Shown here: positions 44,713 to 56,752 of the stretch, one piece after another
Layout of the letters: each line of letters begins with the position of its first letter
How positions within the stretch are numbered: position 1 is the first letter of the stretch
From: Cyanidioschyzon merolae
Lineage: Eukaryota
Length of the DNA: 64,000 nt
Reading direction: 5' to 3' (one strand)
NCBI GenBank assembly: GCA_000091205.1
Contig: AP006490.2
The notes under the pieces: generated by a model
What the model was told of the DNA's origin: nothing
The model's input: the letters and a program-made list of their open reading frames with translations, nothing else
The model's database searches: none
Program-made: the position numbers and the translations under genes

Positions 44713-46599
44713 CTAACGATTCAGAGTGGCAATGTTGACAGCAGGCACGCGCCGCTGACGCACAGCTTGAGGATCGCTTCGATTCGAGACCACGGCGACA
44801 ATACGCGACCATTTCAGCGCACCGAATGCGACTTCTCCGTCACTGGCCTGCAGCTCAACTAGGCGTCGTGCAACGCGCATCTTAGCTTCCAGGACCTCGA
44901 GGGAAGCGTCCGTCGGGTCGCAGAGCCAATCCACAAAGCCCGCCATACTAGCCAACGCGACAACTCCGATTCTCGACAGACCTAGCGCAGCGAATACCGC
45001 CGCAGCAGCGAGCCGCTCTTCTTCCGAAGGATGCCGTGCACAGTCCAGGACAATGGGCAGTGCATTCGTGAACGCCTTGACGGGATCCGCATCCCTGATC
45101 GCATCAGTGAACAGATGCAGCACCCTTTGCTGCCGAAATTCGAGGTCGGATTCGGCGGCTCCGTACCCTGAGACGGCTGCTGATGAAAGCGGCTCGTCGA
45201 GACCTGCCAGGAACACACTCAAAGCACGCAAGGAGGCCACTCGAATATCGCACACGCTCGCCGTTTGAATGAAACGAAGCGTTAGTTTCAAGGTGTCAAC
45301 GTCCGCAAGCAGCACGTCCATGCCGCGTTCACAGAGCCCCAGAGCGCCAACCGCGGAGATCAGATGCACCAGCAGTGTCGTCCGACGAACTTGATCAAGT
45401 CGTACGGACCAGTGTGCTGTCTCAGTCTCGCCATCTACCACGTGAAGCAAGAGAAAGCGCCCAAGAATCTCTACGAGATTGGCGTTCATCCAAGCGTGGA
45501 AGGCGCAACGACTGGACCCGGCACTGGTGCGCACGAACCTCAGAATCCCACACATCCAAATAAACCAGCGTTCCGCCAAGTCGCTCGAGGCAGGCTCGTC
45601 TGGCGCCAACAAATGGGCAAGGTGTTGGCGTAGCAGCACATCGAATACCGAAATTTGGTCGAGCAACTCGGCTGCTATTGCACTGCGTTGCATAAAAGCC
45701 CCAAGCACATCCAGCAAGTTCAAGCGGAGTAGCAAGTCCTCATCCAAACGAACAGGAGCTGCGATTTTGGCTACAAGCACGGTTGGCAACAGCCGACGTG
45801 CGGCAATCTCTGCAACAGACGAGTAGTCGCAGATCTCAAGCAGGAAGCTCAAGGCTCGGATATGCGCGACCGCACCCGCTGCACCCGAGAGCATCTCCTG
45901 TACGAGGATTTGCGCGCCTCGTGCTTCGCTGAAGAGCACAACTGCGCCGCGGAACGGCTTCAGCTGTACCAGGTTCTTCAGGATTTTTTCACAAAGTCCC
46001 GCAGCTTCGGTGGATGGATCATCACGGAAGCTCAGCAGCACCAGTGACAGGATATCGCTGGCGTGCTGTGCAGTTGTGCTGGGAGCGTCCACTTCTGGAC
46101 CTGGCGCTTGTGCGGCCTCTATCTCCGGACGAAGCTCGTTCGTACTTTCAAAACGTTCGATAATGGTGTCTGCAACTTGCTGACAAAACGCTTCAGGCAA
46201 GTCATTCCGTTCAAGAAGGAGACAAAGCAGACGGAGCGCAGCTGTGCGTACCAGCGGGTACCGGCTGCTCAGACCGAGCTGGATGAGCTGGAGCACCTGC
46301 TCTGTAGGTACGACGTGACGAACTCGGGCACTTGTTGCAGAGAGCTTGACCAGTTTCTCCATTGTTTTCGTTAATACCCGGATGGAATCAAATATGTTGT
46401 CGGATGGTACCGCGTCGCTGTCTGAAGCCTCGAGCGACGCCCGCACCGCGTACTCCTCCAGTGTCCAGCCCAGCAGCGGTAACGGCAAACGCTCCAGCAA
46501 GTCCAGTGCCGCACACTCCGACAGTGCTCCAGCGTCTACATATTCCCTCACTGTATCCAATACTTTATCGGGAGTCCAGTCATTGTGGTGAGCGTTCAT
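44713..46599 (-). CDS. Hypothetical protein with predicted HEAT/ARM-like helical repeats
   Basis: 628-aa uninterrupted ORF. It is Leu/Ala-rich with an amphipathic repeat character. No diagnostic motif recognised. Confidence 0.4.
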   Translation of the reverse strand: MNAHHNDWTPDKVLDTVREYVDAGALSECAALDLLERLPLPLLGWTLEEYAVRASLEASDSDAVPSDNIFDSIRVLTKTMEKLVKLSATSARVRHVVPTEQVLQLIQLGLSSRYPLVRTAALRLLCLLLERNDLPEAFCQQVADTIIERFESTNELRPEIEAAQAPGPEVDAPSTTAQHASDILSLVLLSFRDDPSTEAAGLCEKILKNLVQLKPFRGAVVLFSEARGAQILVQEMLSGAAGAVAHIRALSFLLEICDYSSVAEIAARRLLPTVLVAKIAAPVRLDEDLLLRLNLLDVLGAFMQRSAIAAELLDQISVFDVLLRQHLAHLLAPDEPASSDLAERWFIWMCGILRFVRTSAGSSRCAFHAWMNANLVEILGRFLLLHVVDGETETAHWSVRLDQVRRTTLLVHLISAVGALGLCERGMDVLLADVDTLKLTLRFIQTASVCDIRVASLRALSVFLAGLDEPLSSAAVSGYGAAESDLEFRQQRVLHLFTDAIRDADPVKAFTNALPIVLDCARHPSEEERLAAAAVFAALGLSRIGVVALASMAGFVDWLCDPTDASLEVLEAKMRVARRLVELQASDGEVAFGALKWSRIVAVVSNRSDPQAVRQRRVPAVNIATLNR

Positions 46600-46679
46600 T
46601 CAGCAACAGGTTATCACGCTTTGAGATAGACATATCCAGAAGCAATCTCCTGATCGGCGGCGGGGCGCAGGACAGCCGC

Positions 46680-49580
46680 TGCGCGTGCACGCGCACCTGG
46701 CAGATCCGGCGGGCACGAGACACGACGCTCTGGTCGCTCCTGAGGGGAACAGTGATCCTGATCATTGGCGTGCTATTCTACTGTAAAAGTTGTATTCGCG
46801 TTGAGGTCGTAGCAAAGTATAGGTTTTCTGTTCCATCCTATTCCGACCCTCAATTGAGTATATTCAAGTGTTTTTTCGAAGTAAATAACAGAAGCGTTCA
46901 AAGAGCGTTCGTTTTCATAAAAAATTAAAAGGAAAGGCATGGAAATGGAAGTGGAGGATCCCGGAGGGCCGATATCGCCGGCTCTCGGAAAAGAAGGATA
47001 AACATGGCGGAGCAAAGAGGAACAGGAAGTGATGAAGAATCAAAAGGGGGCGAGGTTCTACGTCGAAGGCGGCAAGAAAGGCAACTGTACGGCGATATTG
47101 TAGTGAAAGCCTGTGTTCTTAAATATATCAAGGATCCGTAGAAGGAAAAGTTGCCGGACGCCATCAAAAACCGTCTCGAGTCGTACTCCATGAGTATGAT
47201 AAAGGCTTCTTCAGGACCGACGCATTTGGTGAGGGAGATGTATCGCTACGTGACGAACATGGAAACGGTCGAGATTCCGGACGAGTTTTTCGACAACACA
47301 TTTTTTCGTCACTTGATGCTTGGCACAGGGGAAGAGCGGAAGGATATAAGAGCTAGTGCATGCCCCTCACGAACAACATCCCTTTTGCAGGTTCGAGGGT
47401 AATCGAAACAAGGGGGACTGGGGTATTTACGACTATGGGGCGATGAAGTACATCACGAACCTGAAGAACCATTTGAAAACGAACCTCGAACGTTTCATGA
47501 TACGCGCCGTGTTTGCACTCTACCGGGGCCTGTCTCGCAAAGGAATATGGGCGATTATCAATGGCATCACGAACGATCGAAACTATGGAAATGAGGTCGA
47601 ATTCGTTGACAAGAAGGAGTCAAACCAGAGCACGAATGAGAATTCCGTCATCCGTGCGGTTATCGAAGAGCATCGTGCGGTACTGGGGCTGGCGAATCCA
47701 ACAGACAAGATATCAGAGTTGAAAAAAGATAGGGAAAGATACGATCGCCTCGTTCTGCGCTATTTTGTGTTTCTGGACCGAGAGCTCGAACGCAAAGCGG
47801 AGATGAAGCTGAGTGAAGAGACAAATGAAGAGTGGGAGAGACGGAAGGCTTTCCTAATGGGTAAGCGCTTCGACGTGGTTCCAATGTGCAAGATCAAGTC
47901 ACATTTTATGACTATCGACTCCGGCGTCCTTTACGGCATCATGAGGGAGATCTGTCCGGAGTTCGATGTAAGGAAGACAGAGTTCCCCGGTGAAAACCGT
48001 GAGACGTACTGGAAGAATATCTTCGATTTCAAACGTCGCAAAGTCAGCAAACAAAAGGTATTCACTGGGTTGATCGAAACCGAAAGAGTAGCCTTGTGTA
48101 TACACTATCGGAGGTTGAAGAAAGATCGGCCAGTCCCTCCCTCGGCTGCGTCCGTCACGAAAAATGAAGAAAAGGAGGAGGCTGGTCCTGCGAAGCAGGA
48201 GGTAGAGGATAACGACCTTGTCGTTCACGCGGCGAAGAATGAAGAAAAGAAGGAGGCGGGTCCTGCGACGCAGGAAGTGGAGGGTAACGACCTTGTCGTT
48301 GACGTGACGAAGGATGAAGAAAAGAAGGATGCGGATCCTGCGACGCAGGAGGTAGAGAATAACAGCTTCATCGTTAACGCGACGAAGCATGAAGAAAAGA
48401 AGGAGGCGGGTCCTGCGATGCAGGAGGTGCATGAGAAGGACCTTCTCGTTGGCGCGGCGAAGGATGAAGATGAGAAGGATGCGGATCCTGCGACGCAGGA
48501 GGTAGAGAATAACGACTTTATGGTTGACGTGACGAAGCATGAAGAAAATGAGGATGCGGGTCCTGCGACCCAGAAAGTGCAAGATAACGACTTTGTCGTT
48601 GGCGCGGACCCTGGGAATACGAATATCATCACCATTGCAGCACCGAAGCGTGCGGAAGATCGTACTGACGGCAACTTGCGTCAGAAAGACATGCGTCTTT
48701 TGAGGTTCTCGAGAGCGAGATACTATCGAGAATCGGGAATCATGAATGCGAGGAAGAAAATCGAGACTTGGAATTCAGGAATGAAAGAGCACCTGGAAGC
48801 TGTGAGCGAGGTAACGAGCCGAGGAGCGGACTTTGAAGCTTTTCGGAAATTCATGGAAGTTCGTGTTGCGCATTGGGATGCTCTGTGGGAGGAGTATACC
48901 AAGCCCCGGTGGGCTCGACTGCGTATGAATCTATACGGTGGGAGGCAGCGCGCATTCCCAAATTTTTTCAATCAGTTGAGTGCCCTGAAGGAGGATGAAA
49001 GTCAGAGGCTCGTAGTAGCGTACGCAGCAGGGCGCTGGAAGACCCAAAAAGGGACTACTCCGGCCCCAACGACAAGAACGTTCAAGGAGTGCGCAAGGCG
49101 TTTCGTTACGATACCTGTAGATGAGTTCCGAACGTCGTATACGCACCATGAACTGGGGTGTACACTCCAGAGGGTGGAGATGGAAAAGTGCCAGCGGAGC
49201 CCTGAGGACACAGCAAAGCACGGACTGCTGACGGAGGAGCAAATGGAAAGGATGGCAAAAGTTCGTGGACTGCTTGCATTAGTGAGTACAACCAGTGATG
49301 GTAAGAAACGTATGGAATTCGTGAACCGTGACTTTAACGCCGCTATCAATATACGGAAATGTGCGGTGCTGGAGAAGAGACCTCCAGAATTGACAGGAGA
49401 GAATTTCGTTGGACAACCTCTCAAAGTCGAACTATATGAGAAAAAGTTGGAGGCAGTTGTAGGCGGCCGGTCGAGAAAGGCTGGGAGGCGTCTGCACGTC
49501 AGGTAAAGAGTTTTGTCTAAGGCGCCGGTCGTCTCAACTGTACACTGGCACCATCGCCGGTGCATTCGACAGATGGTGTC
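46680..49580 (+). mobile_element. TnpB/Fanzor-like element, copy B; most intact copy
   Basis: The left leader is homologous to copy A from about 46680. An N-terminal ORF (ATG about 46994 to TAA 47402) contains one in-frame TAG and then a 1-nt insertion relative to copy A. That insertion shifts into the main 716-aa ORF 47356..49506 (GTG start as listed). A conserved non-coding tail of about 70 nt follows the stop. Confidence 0.75.
47356..49506 (+). CDS. TnpB/Fanzor-like RuvC-fold nuclease (IS605 OrfB superfamily), core ORF of copy B
   Basis: RuvC-I: [18 protein letters not shown]. TSxxC-like: [15 protein letters not shown]. RuvC-III hallmark: [21 protein letters not shown] (RDxNAAxNI). There are six to seven 26-aa tandem repeat units ([22 protein letters not shown]) immediately N-terminal to RuvC-I. 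Confidence 0.75.
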   Translation: MHAPHEQHPFCRFEGNRNKGDWGIYDYGAMKYITNLKNHLKTNLERFMIRAVFALYRGLSRKGIWAIINGITNDRNYGNEVEFVDKKESNQSTNENSVIRAVIEEHRAVLGLANPTDKISELKKDRERYDRLVLRYFVFLDRELERKAEMKLSEETNEEWERRKAFLMGKRFDVVPMCKIKSHFMTIDSGVLYGIMREICPEFDVRKTEFPGENRETYWKNIFDFKRRKVSKQKVFTGLIETERVALCIHYRRLKKDRPVPPSAASVTKNEEKEEAGPAKQEVEDNDLVVHAAKNEEKKEAGPATQEVEGNDLVVDVTKDEEKKDADPATQEVENNSFIVNATKHEEKKEAGPAMQEVHEKDLLVGAAKDEDEKDADPATQEVENNDFMVDVTKHEENEDAGPATQKVQDNDFVVGADPGNTNIITIAAPKRAEDRTDGNLRQKDMRLLRFSRARYYRESGIMNARKKIETWNSGMKEHLEAVSEVTSRGADFEAFRKFMEVRVAHWDALWEEYTKPRWARLRMNLYGGRQRAFPNFFNQLSALKEDESQRLVVAYAAGRWKTQKGTTPAPTTRTFKECARRFVTIPVDEFRTSYTHHELGCTLQRVEMEKCQRSPEDTAKHGLLTEEQMERMAKVRGLLALVSTTSDGKKRMEFVNRDFNAAINIRKCAVLEKRPPELTGENFVGQPLKVELYEKKLEAVVGGRSRKAGRRLHVR

Positions 49581-49824
49581 CATGTTGTACTGAATTTACC
49601 AGTCTCCGGCGTCGTGCAGCCGCGGCCCCGCTGCAGCACTGGCAGTGTCGCCACCGCCGTCCTTTCGTTCGCTCATCGGGTATCGTCTCCAGTCCGACTT
49701 GCTAGTGGCCCGCCTTCCCTGTAGAGGAAACAGGGACTGGACTGTTCGTGACCTCGCTACCGAGTTCCGGTCGCTGTTTGAGTTCTCTTGCAGTTGCGGT
49801 TTCCGCTAACTACTTGTCTTTCGC

Positions 49825-50598
49825 ATGGCGCGTGGCCCAAAGAAGCATCTGAAGCGCCTGGCAGCGCCAAGGCACTGGATGCTCGCTAAACTTGGCGGCA
49901 TCTGGGCCCCTCGACCTTCAGCTGGCCCACATAAGCTTCGAGAATGTTTACCTCTGATCATCATTCTGCGAAACCGGTTGAAGTACGCGCTCACTGGGCG
50001 AGAGGCTATGCAGATCCTCATGCAGCGGCTGGTTCGTGTGGACGGGAAAGTTCGCACAGACCGCACTTTTCCCGCTGGCTTCATGGATGTTATCCATATC
50101 GAAAAAACCAATGAGACATTTCGTTTACTCTACGACACAAAGGGGCGTTTTGTGCTCCATCGAATCACACCCGAGGAGGGCAAGTACAAACTGTGCCGCA
50201 TCAAGCGTCAACAACTGGGTGCCCGTGGCATCCCGTACATCGTGACACACGACGGGCGCACCATTCGGTATCCAGATCCATTGATCAAAGTGCACGACAC
50301 CGTCGTCCTTGATATCGAGACCGGGAAGATCACGGACTTTGTCAAATTCGACATCGGCGCGCTCTGCATGATCACCGGAGGCCACAATATTGGTCGCGTT
50401 GGTGTCGTACAGCACCGCGAGAGACACCCGGGTGCGACTGAAATTGTGCACTTGAAGGACGCTGCAGGGCGAGAGTTTGCGACACAGATCAGTAACGTGT
50501 TCGTTATTGGTCGAGAAAAGTCGCTCGTCTCGCTACCGCGTGGCAAGGGAGTGAAGCTCTCCGTCGTTGAGGAGCGCGAGCGGCGAGGCCTGCTCTAG
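49825..50598 (+). CDS. RPS4: 40S ribosomal protein S4 (eS4)
   Basis: [61 protein letters not shown]... is collinear with eS4 throughout. The stop is TAG. Confidence 0.95.
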   Translation: MARGPKKHLKRLAAPRHWMLAKLGGIWAPRPSAGPHKLRECLPLIIILRNRLKYALTGREAMQILMQRLVRVDGKVRTDRTFPAGFMDVIHIEKTNETFRLLYDTKGRFVLHRITPEEGKYKLCRIKRQQLGARGIPYIVTHDGRTIRYPDPLIKVHDTVVLDIETGKITDFVKFDIGALCMITGGHNIGRVGVVQHRERHPGATEIVHLKDAAGREFATQISNVFVIGREKSLVSLPRGKGVKLSVVEERERRGLL

Positions 50599-52578
50599 AC
50601 ACACACATGCAGCGCGCTTGGCAACATACGCCGTTGGTTGACGTGAATCAAAGCGGATTGGGAGCCTTCCAGTGTCTCGTAAAGACGGAGAACCGTTTGC
50701 GGGAACTGTTCGAGGAACATCGGTTGGGACACCTCCCGTGAGGAGGCGGGACGCTCTGCCTCCATGGATATTCCCTCAACGCAGCACCCGTGTCAGATAA
50801 AAATGGAATACTGTACTACTCGCCATGTGACTGTTTCTCGATTTTTTACGAATCTTATCAGATGTACGGCATCGGCATTCGAAACGCAGCGGTGAGAGCT
50901 TACAGGGTCATGAATTGCTTCAGGATCCCTGACCGTATGTTCGTTCGGAGTAGCTCCATCGATGTTTCGCGTCTGGGAGTCGTTATATCACCGGAATCAA
51001 GATGATTCGCGACGCGGTCGAACAGGGGTTCGGAAAATAACCAATCTCATTATCGGAGTCATGCCTATAGGCTTCCAGACTTCTCATTTGCTTACGTGCA
51101 GCACGCACGAATCACGAAGTTTTCACGTTTTCGAGTTTCAGTTTCGAGGCAACTCGTGCGCGCAGCGATCCGCATCTGTTGACGGATGCGGAAAAGTGTC
51201 GACGACGTCCGTCGACGACTTGTTCAAAAGCTCATTCCGGAAGTTCACTGACTATTCTACCTCGAATCATCGATTCCGTTAGGAAAACAAATCCCACTTT
51301 CTTTGGTGCGATCGACAACACCGCACTCTACGTCAGCATGGTAACACCCAGGGTAGATGCCCTGGAAGGATCCCGCCTCTTCTGTCTGCGTGGACAAGGG
51401 TCCTGGAATCGGACTTGCCAAGTCGCAGTAACGTTGTCTCACTCTAGAGTGTATCGTATACTCGCACAAAAGGACGCGGAGACGGATCGAAATTTCTCGA
51501 CTTGTTCTCCATCATGAATTTTTTTCCTACGGCACTTGTTTCATCATGGACAGCATCGTGCTTCGCCAATCCTTTATCGGATGCAACGTTGTGCGCTTAC
51601 GTGTGCTTCGGATGAAGTCCTCGCCGGGCGGAGTTCCCCCAGAAGCAGCTCACGATCATAGGGTCTAGAACCGGGCACAGCAACGGAGGCACGCGTCTAC
51701 GGAAGAGCCTTCTTCGCTCGTCGAGGACGTGAACCGAGCGATGAACCGAGTGTGCACGCGCCAAAGTATCGCCCTCCGAGTTCTAGCGGGATGAGCGGGG
51801 GCAGGTGCAGGCGATACGGTACACATTCCCTAACACATGACGACAGCGAAACGTTATCGCTACGACGGGCGCATCGAGGCCTCATCCAAAGAACACGAGC
51901 ACGGCAAGCGAAGCGTAGACGGCAACGTTTGCTTGGACATGAACAATGTTGACAACAGCCAGAAGCGTCGATATCGGAATGCCAACGCTACCACCAACAC
52001 CATTCGACTGCTGAAAACGGAGCTTGATAGACACGATTGACCGACGGACTTTAAAGCCGCAGATGTTCTAGAGGAAAAGAAAGCAGTCACAGAAAAAATC
52101 CGAAAATGCTGGTGCTGATTACCGAGGGAAGCGATCCAGAGTGTGGCGTGCACGCCCGAGTCACAGGGCACGCTCCATTACATGCTGACACGGGTTCCGT
52201 GCCAACATCCAAGGACGTTGCTTCCAAGGATATCGTTCGGATCCAGACCCCGTGAACACGCTACCCGAATATGAAACGTACTTTCTGAGGCGCGCTACTG
52301 CACCTTTTTCCACTTCAGGGGCGATGACCGAAGCGTGCGCAGCAGTAGCATCGCAGCGGTCGTGCAGCGGCGTCCGCGGAGACAACTCCAGCGTGCCCAG
52401 CGCGAGCCGCGCGCCGTGCACCTGGCAGGTACTCTGGAAGGCACGAAAGCTGCGGAACGTGTGCTTCTTGTCATGCTTTGTAGCAGGTACCTGTGAACGT
52501 GCCATTCCGGTGCCCAACGGCTCTTCTTGCTGATGCGATGTTTTAACGCAACTTGCAGTAGACGGTCACTGAGCACAC

Positions 52579-55500
52579 TTGTCGAGCAACCTTTGCGTGG
52601 CTAGAAGCGTTGCGCGTTCGAGACGCTACTGGGCGAGCAGGCATCTGGAGGGCTTTTTTTTTCGGAAAGCAGACGGCTCTCGGCCGCGTATGCGGACGAC
52701 GCGCCCTTCACGCAGATCAAAGGATGCAACTGAAAACTCCGAAGAGGCCGTTAGGGCAACGCTGCAGTTTGTTGAGCGGCTGCTCAGTCGGATCGACAAG
52801 GACGCGCTTCTCTTTCCAGCAGGGACGTTTTACGGCCCAGGCGGAGTTCGAGCGGACCCGCTTGCTCTGGAAAGACACTCACCGACCGCACGCACGGTGG
52901 CAGCGGTCCCAAGTCGGGAAGCACCGGCGCTTGCACGGCCCTGCAAACTGGAAAACTGCACTGACTCGAAACTGAAGAAGAGCCTGGTCCTGTATTTTGA
53001 AACGCACGCTACCATTGCCGTTAGACTATGGTTCTTATACCGCAGTCTCACCGAGGCGGAGCGCTGGCAGTATGCGGAGCCGTCAACAACGGAGGCGTTC
53101 GAACAAGCTGCTGCAGCGCCCGCTGCGCAGATGAGCCATCCACCAGCCGCCACGAACGAGGCAGAAATTCGAAAAATACCCGAGCCTTTTGTGAGCAAAG
53201 AAAGCTCCCAGCCAAACGAAGCTACCCAAAGGCGCAGCACCTCTGGTCCATGCGATGTGCACCAGTTGGCGCGGCTATATGAAATAGCCCAGTGCTGGAG
53301 CGCGGTTTGCCCGAGACTCTACGTCCTTTCAACCGTAGCCGGTGCTCTGATTGCATGTCACCCTTCTCGAAGGGATGAAATCGCTCAGGATTTGCTTGAA
53401 ATGCTGGCTGGCGTTCAGCACCCGCTGCTGAGTCTGCCGCTGCGTACCTTTGTCGCCAAGCTGCTTGTGGATGCCTGGAAGCCACAAGAAGGGGCAACGG
53501 ATCTCGAAACAGAGCATCTTGTGGACCATCTCATGGACAATTGGGAGAACATGGTGGACGCGTTGATGCGCGTACCCAGCTACGGTTTCGAGCTGCGTCC
53601 GCTCTCGTCGAGTTCAGCTCGAAACGATCTCGCTGCATGTCGCTGGGTGCTGGCAGAGCAGCTCAGTATTCTGCTTGGTTCACAGTTTACAGTGCTAGCG
53701 AGGACTGCATTCGTGAAGGGTGCCATATTCCGCGAAAAAATGCTTCCTATGCTATCGCAGCGCATTCTTCGCATCGCTGAAGCGCCCCTTCAAGAATACC
53801 TGCTCGAATGCTTGATCCAGGCGTTTCCAGAGGAATTCCTCGCTTTCGCCGCCCAGCACTACCTTGACATGATTCAGCGTACTCGGGTCGGGGTTCGTCA
53901 CGCACGTCTCCTGGCTCGTTTCTGGGAACGTCTTCATCGCTGGTTGCAGCGGTCACCGGCGTGGACGCAAGCTGTCCAGGACCTGCCGCTGGTTGTTTGC
54001 GGCATCGAGGCATTGACCTGGGCGTCGCCCGTTCGGACTCCATTCGAATCCGTTGACCGTCTGGACGCATGCGAGATGCTCATAGAACTCGCCCTGAAAA
54101 TGGGTGGTATTCATCATACGAGCTTGAACGAGCTCCTGACACTCTATCTTCGGGCCTGGAAACGTGCATATGCCGACTTGTGTCCGAAGAGTCCAGTCTC
54201 TGCGAGATATCTGGTGCCTCCGACAACAACGACTTTGGTGTCGCTTCCGGGAGCGAGGTCTGCATGTGAGCTGACGCCGTCGCAGTGCCCCTGCGAACTT
54301 CATTCGCCATGTTCACCGGATATGGAAGAGCGCGTGGATCTGGGGGGAATATTCGCGCCCTGTGCCCGTTCGACAGAGGCAAGCTCGTGCACCACTGAAC
54401 AAGCTTATCTGGGCGCCGCGAGACTCGTGCGGCTCTGCAAACGTCTCGTGCGTGCCGCTGGGTGCTGGTCAGACTTGCTCATGGTGCCAGCGTTCAACGA
54501 TTTGTTGACGCTATTGCCGATGGATGATCGGCGTCGCCTCGCTCGCCAGCTTGCGCTTTGGATCGTTCTGGATCGGCCATCGTCAGCCACGGTGTTGCGT
54601 CCTGAGCTTTGCCTTCGCCGCACGAATGCAGAGGCGCTGAAGATTTCACGGCACTATGCATCGATTCTGATATGGCTTGATGCACTTGTGCGCGGGGCAA
54701 AAGCACTGGAAACCGATGAGGAAATCGGGTACCAAGAGGCTAGTCAACACTCAACGAAAGCAGCGCGACAGCAAACCGCGCACGACCTTGACGTTGACGC
54801 CGCCGGTTGTCTGCGAAGCATGCCCGAACCGACCACCGATGATGCTCTCTATGATGTCATGCTCTGCAGCTGTGTGGTGGGAAAATTCACCTGGAACGAC
54901 ATACCCCTTCTTGACCAGCTCATGAACTGGGTCCTGGGGACACCAGCTGCTGCGAGACGCCAACTGCTACCAACCTGCGCAAGTACAGTCATGAGGCTGC
55001 TCGCGGAGCAGGCATCCGCGTCAGAATTCTTACGCACCCAGCTATGGGAACGAATGCACGCGATGCTTGCAAATCTGGCACAGATTGAAAGCGCACAAGC
55101 TGCAGTGCTATCGATAGATGCAGCACTACTGGCTGATCAGGTGGCAGTGGATTCACCGGCACTCGTGAGAAACCTCCTCGTCCAAGCGCTGGTGATACTG
55201 GAAGAGGACCGCTTAAGTGCCCGCGCCTATCGCACGATTCTCCTCCGCGTCATCGATGCGTTGCGCGTTCTCGAGCGGCTCGAGTACGATGCGCTTCTGC
55301 GACTCGCCAGCCAGGTAGCGCATCAGGCAGAGTCGTGCTGGGTACCCGTCGATCGTTGTCAGGCGCTCTGTGCGGTTGCGAATCTCTACGCCTGCATCGC
55401 TGCAGCGCACGAACAATCGACAAGTGCACCCATGCTGCAAGCGGGTACGCAAGCACTTCAGTGCTGGAAACGTGCGCTCGTCATCGCTATGGAAGCGTGC

Positions 55501-55746
55501 GGCGTTTCTGAACGTGCGCATTTGTTGCTCGATGTTTACCGTGCTGGTCGACAATTAACTGTAACGGTTTGCGCGTCTGGTTTTCCTGACTCGTTCCGGG
55601 ATGAACTAGACGCGACATGTTTCGAATGCGTAGCCAGCGTGCAACAGATCATTCGGCAGTTCGGTTGGAGCCACCACGCGGAGCATTTGCATCTCGCGTG
55701 GGCCCGACTTGTTCGACTTGCCGCGTCTCGTGAGGTCCCTCGTTAA
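52579..55746 (+). CDS. Large hypothetical protein (1055-aa ORF, helical-repeat-like); the true start may be downstream
   Basis: Uninterrupted 3.1-kb ORF with coding-like composition. No family motif recognised by eye. Confidence 0.4.
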   Translation: MSSNLCVARSVARSRRYWASRHLEGFFFRKADGSRPRMRTTRPSRRSKDATENSEEAVRATLQFVERLLSRIDKDALLFPAGTFYGPGGVRADPLALERHSPTARTVAAVPSREAPALARPCKLENCTDSKLKKSLVLYFETHATIAVRLWFLYRSLTEAERWQYAEPSTTEAFEQAAAAPAAQMSHPPAATNEAEIRKIPEPFVSKESSQPNEATQRRSTSGPCDVHQLARLYEIAQCWSAVCPRLYVLSTVAGALIACHPSRRDEIAQDLLEMLAGVQHPLLSLPLRTFVAKLLVDAWKPQEGATDLETEHLVDHLMDNWENMVDALMRVPSYGFELRPLSSSSARNDLAACRWVLAEQLSILLGSQFTVLARTAFVKGAIFREKMLPMLSQRILRIAEAPLQEYLLECLIQAFPEEFLAFAAQHYLDMIQRTRVGVRHARLLARFWERLHRWLQRSPAWTQAVQDLPLVVCGIEALTWASPVRTPFESVDRLDACEMLIELALKMGGIHHTSLNELLTLYLRAWKRAYADLCPKSPVSARYLVPPTTTTLVSLPGARSACELTPSQCPCELHSPCSPDMEERVDLGGIFAPCARSTEASSCTTEQAYLGAARLVRLCKRLVRAAGCWSDLLMVPAFNDLLTLLPMDDRRRLARQLALWIVLDRPSSATVLRPELCLRRTNAEALKISRHYASILIWLDALVRGAKALETDEEIGYQEASQHSTKAARQQTAHDLDVDAAGCLRSMPEPTTDDALYDVMLCSCVVGKFTWNDIPLLDQLMNWVLGTPAAARRQLLPTCASTVMRLLAEQASASEFLRTQLWERMHAMLANLAQIESAQAAVLSIDAALLADQVAVDSPALVRNLLVQALVILEEDRLSARAYRTILLRVIDALRVLERLEYDALLRLASQVAHQAESCWVPVDRCQALCAVANLYACIAAAHEQSTSAPMLQAGTQALQCWKRALVIAMEACGVSERAHLLLDVYRAGRQLTVTVCASGFPDSFRDELDATCFECVASVQQIIRQFGWSHHAEHLHLAWARLVRLAASREVPR

Positions 55747-56752
55747 AACTTATTTTCACAGCACAAGCCAGCTACGCAGGAACACATCAGCTCCAATCAG
55801 AATCGCTCGGGTGTTTTTCGTGGCCAACCTGGAACGGTAGCGGGAACAATGCAAGCGCACCAGTTTTGTCGTTTGGGGTTCGGGCATGTTGCAGCCGATT
55901 GATAGCCCATGTGATGGGGTATGCAACAGTATCCTGCAGTCAAATGGAGTCATCACGCGCTGGTGCAAGCGTCTTTGTGAATGCGTCGTACGGCAGCGTG
56001 CTGACGACATGTTCGGGCACATAGATGCGCTGTTGCGAGGCATGTGTACTGGGTTCTGCTCAGCGCCTCTGTGCCTAACACGAGCACCTTGAGCCGATGC
56101 ATTTTCGCAGGTGCAGCAACGCCGACCGAGGTCCGCAGTGACGCTCTAGGTACTGTTGGCGGGGGTACTCTGGGCAGGCACTTGGCACCCAGAGGAGGAT
56201 CTTTTCAATGCAACGTGATCCTCAAAGGCAAGTCGAGGTGGTGGTTACAGCGCTTGCTTCTGAAACATAGAGGCAGGGCTTGCAAGAATAATAATAATGG
56301 TAATGATGACGACGGACGCTTCCCGCCCCCTGTATCGATGCCCGTCGCGCACTTTGGTATCGCCTGGTCATTCAAAAGTCCTGATAATCCAACACGAACA
56401 TCTGCGGAGCACCAGCAGCACCAGCATCGATCTGGCACTGAAAAGTGTGCCCTGCAATAGACGCGACGATGGGTGTACGACTCCTGCAATACAGACGCAT
56501 TTGTCGCCTGTCTTGACATTGTTTCTCTTCAAGATACGAGGCAACTGCCACAAAGCACTTGCGCGTGTCCGTGTGAACAAGTGTTGACGTCAGTGAGACA
56601 CAGTGAGCTTGCGCGCGAAGAAGGGATCCGCACTGCACCGCACTGCACTTTTCGTGGAACTTGCTTGATTCAGCGACACCGCGAAGCGACACAGTGCAGT
56701 CTCTCGTTGCGTAACGCTGCTCGAGCGACGCGATCGTCCCACGTCAGACTGG

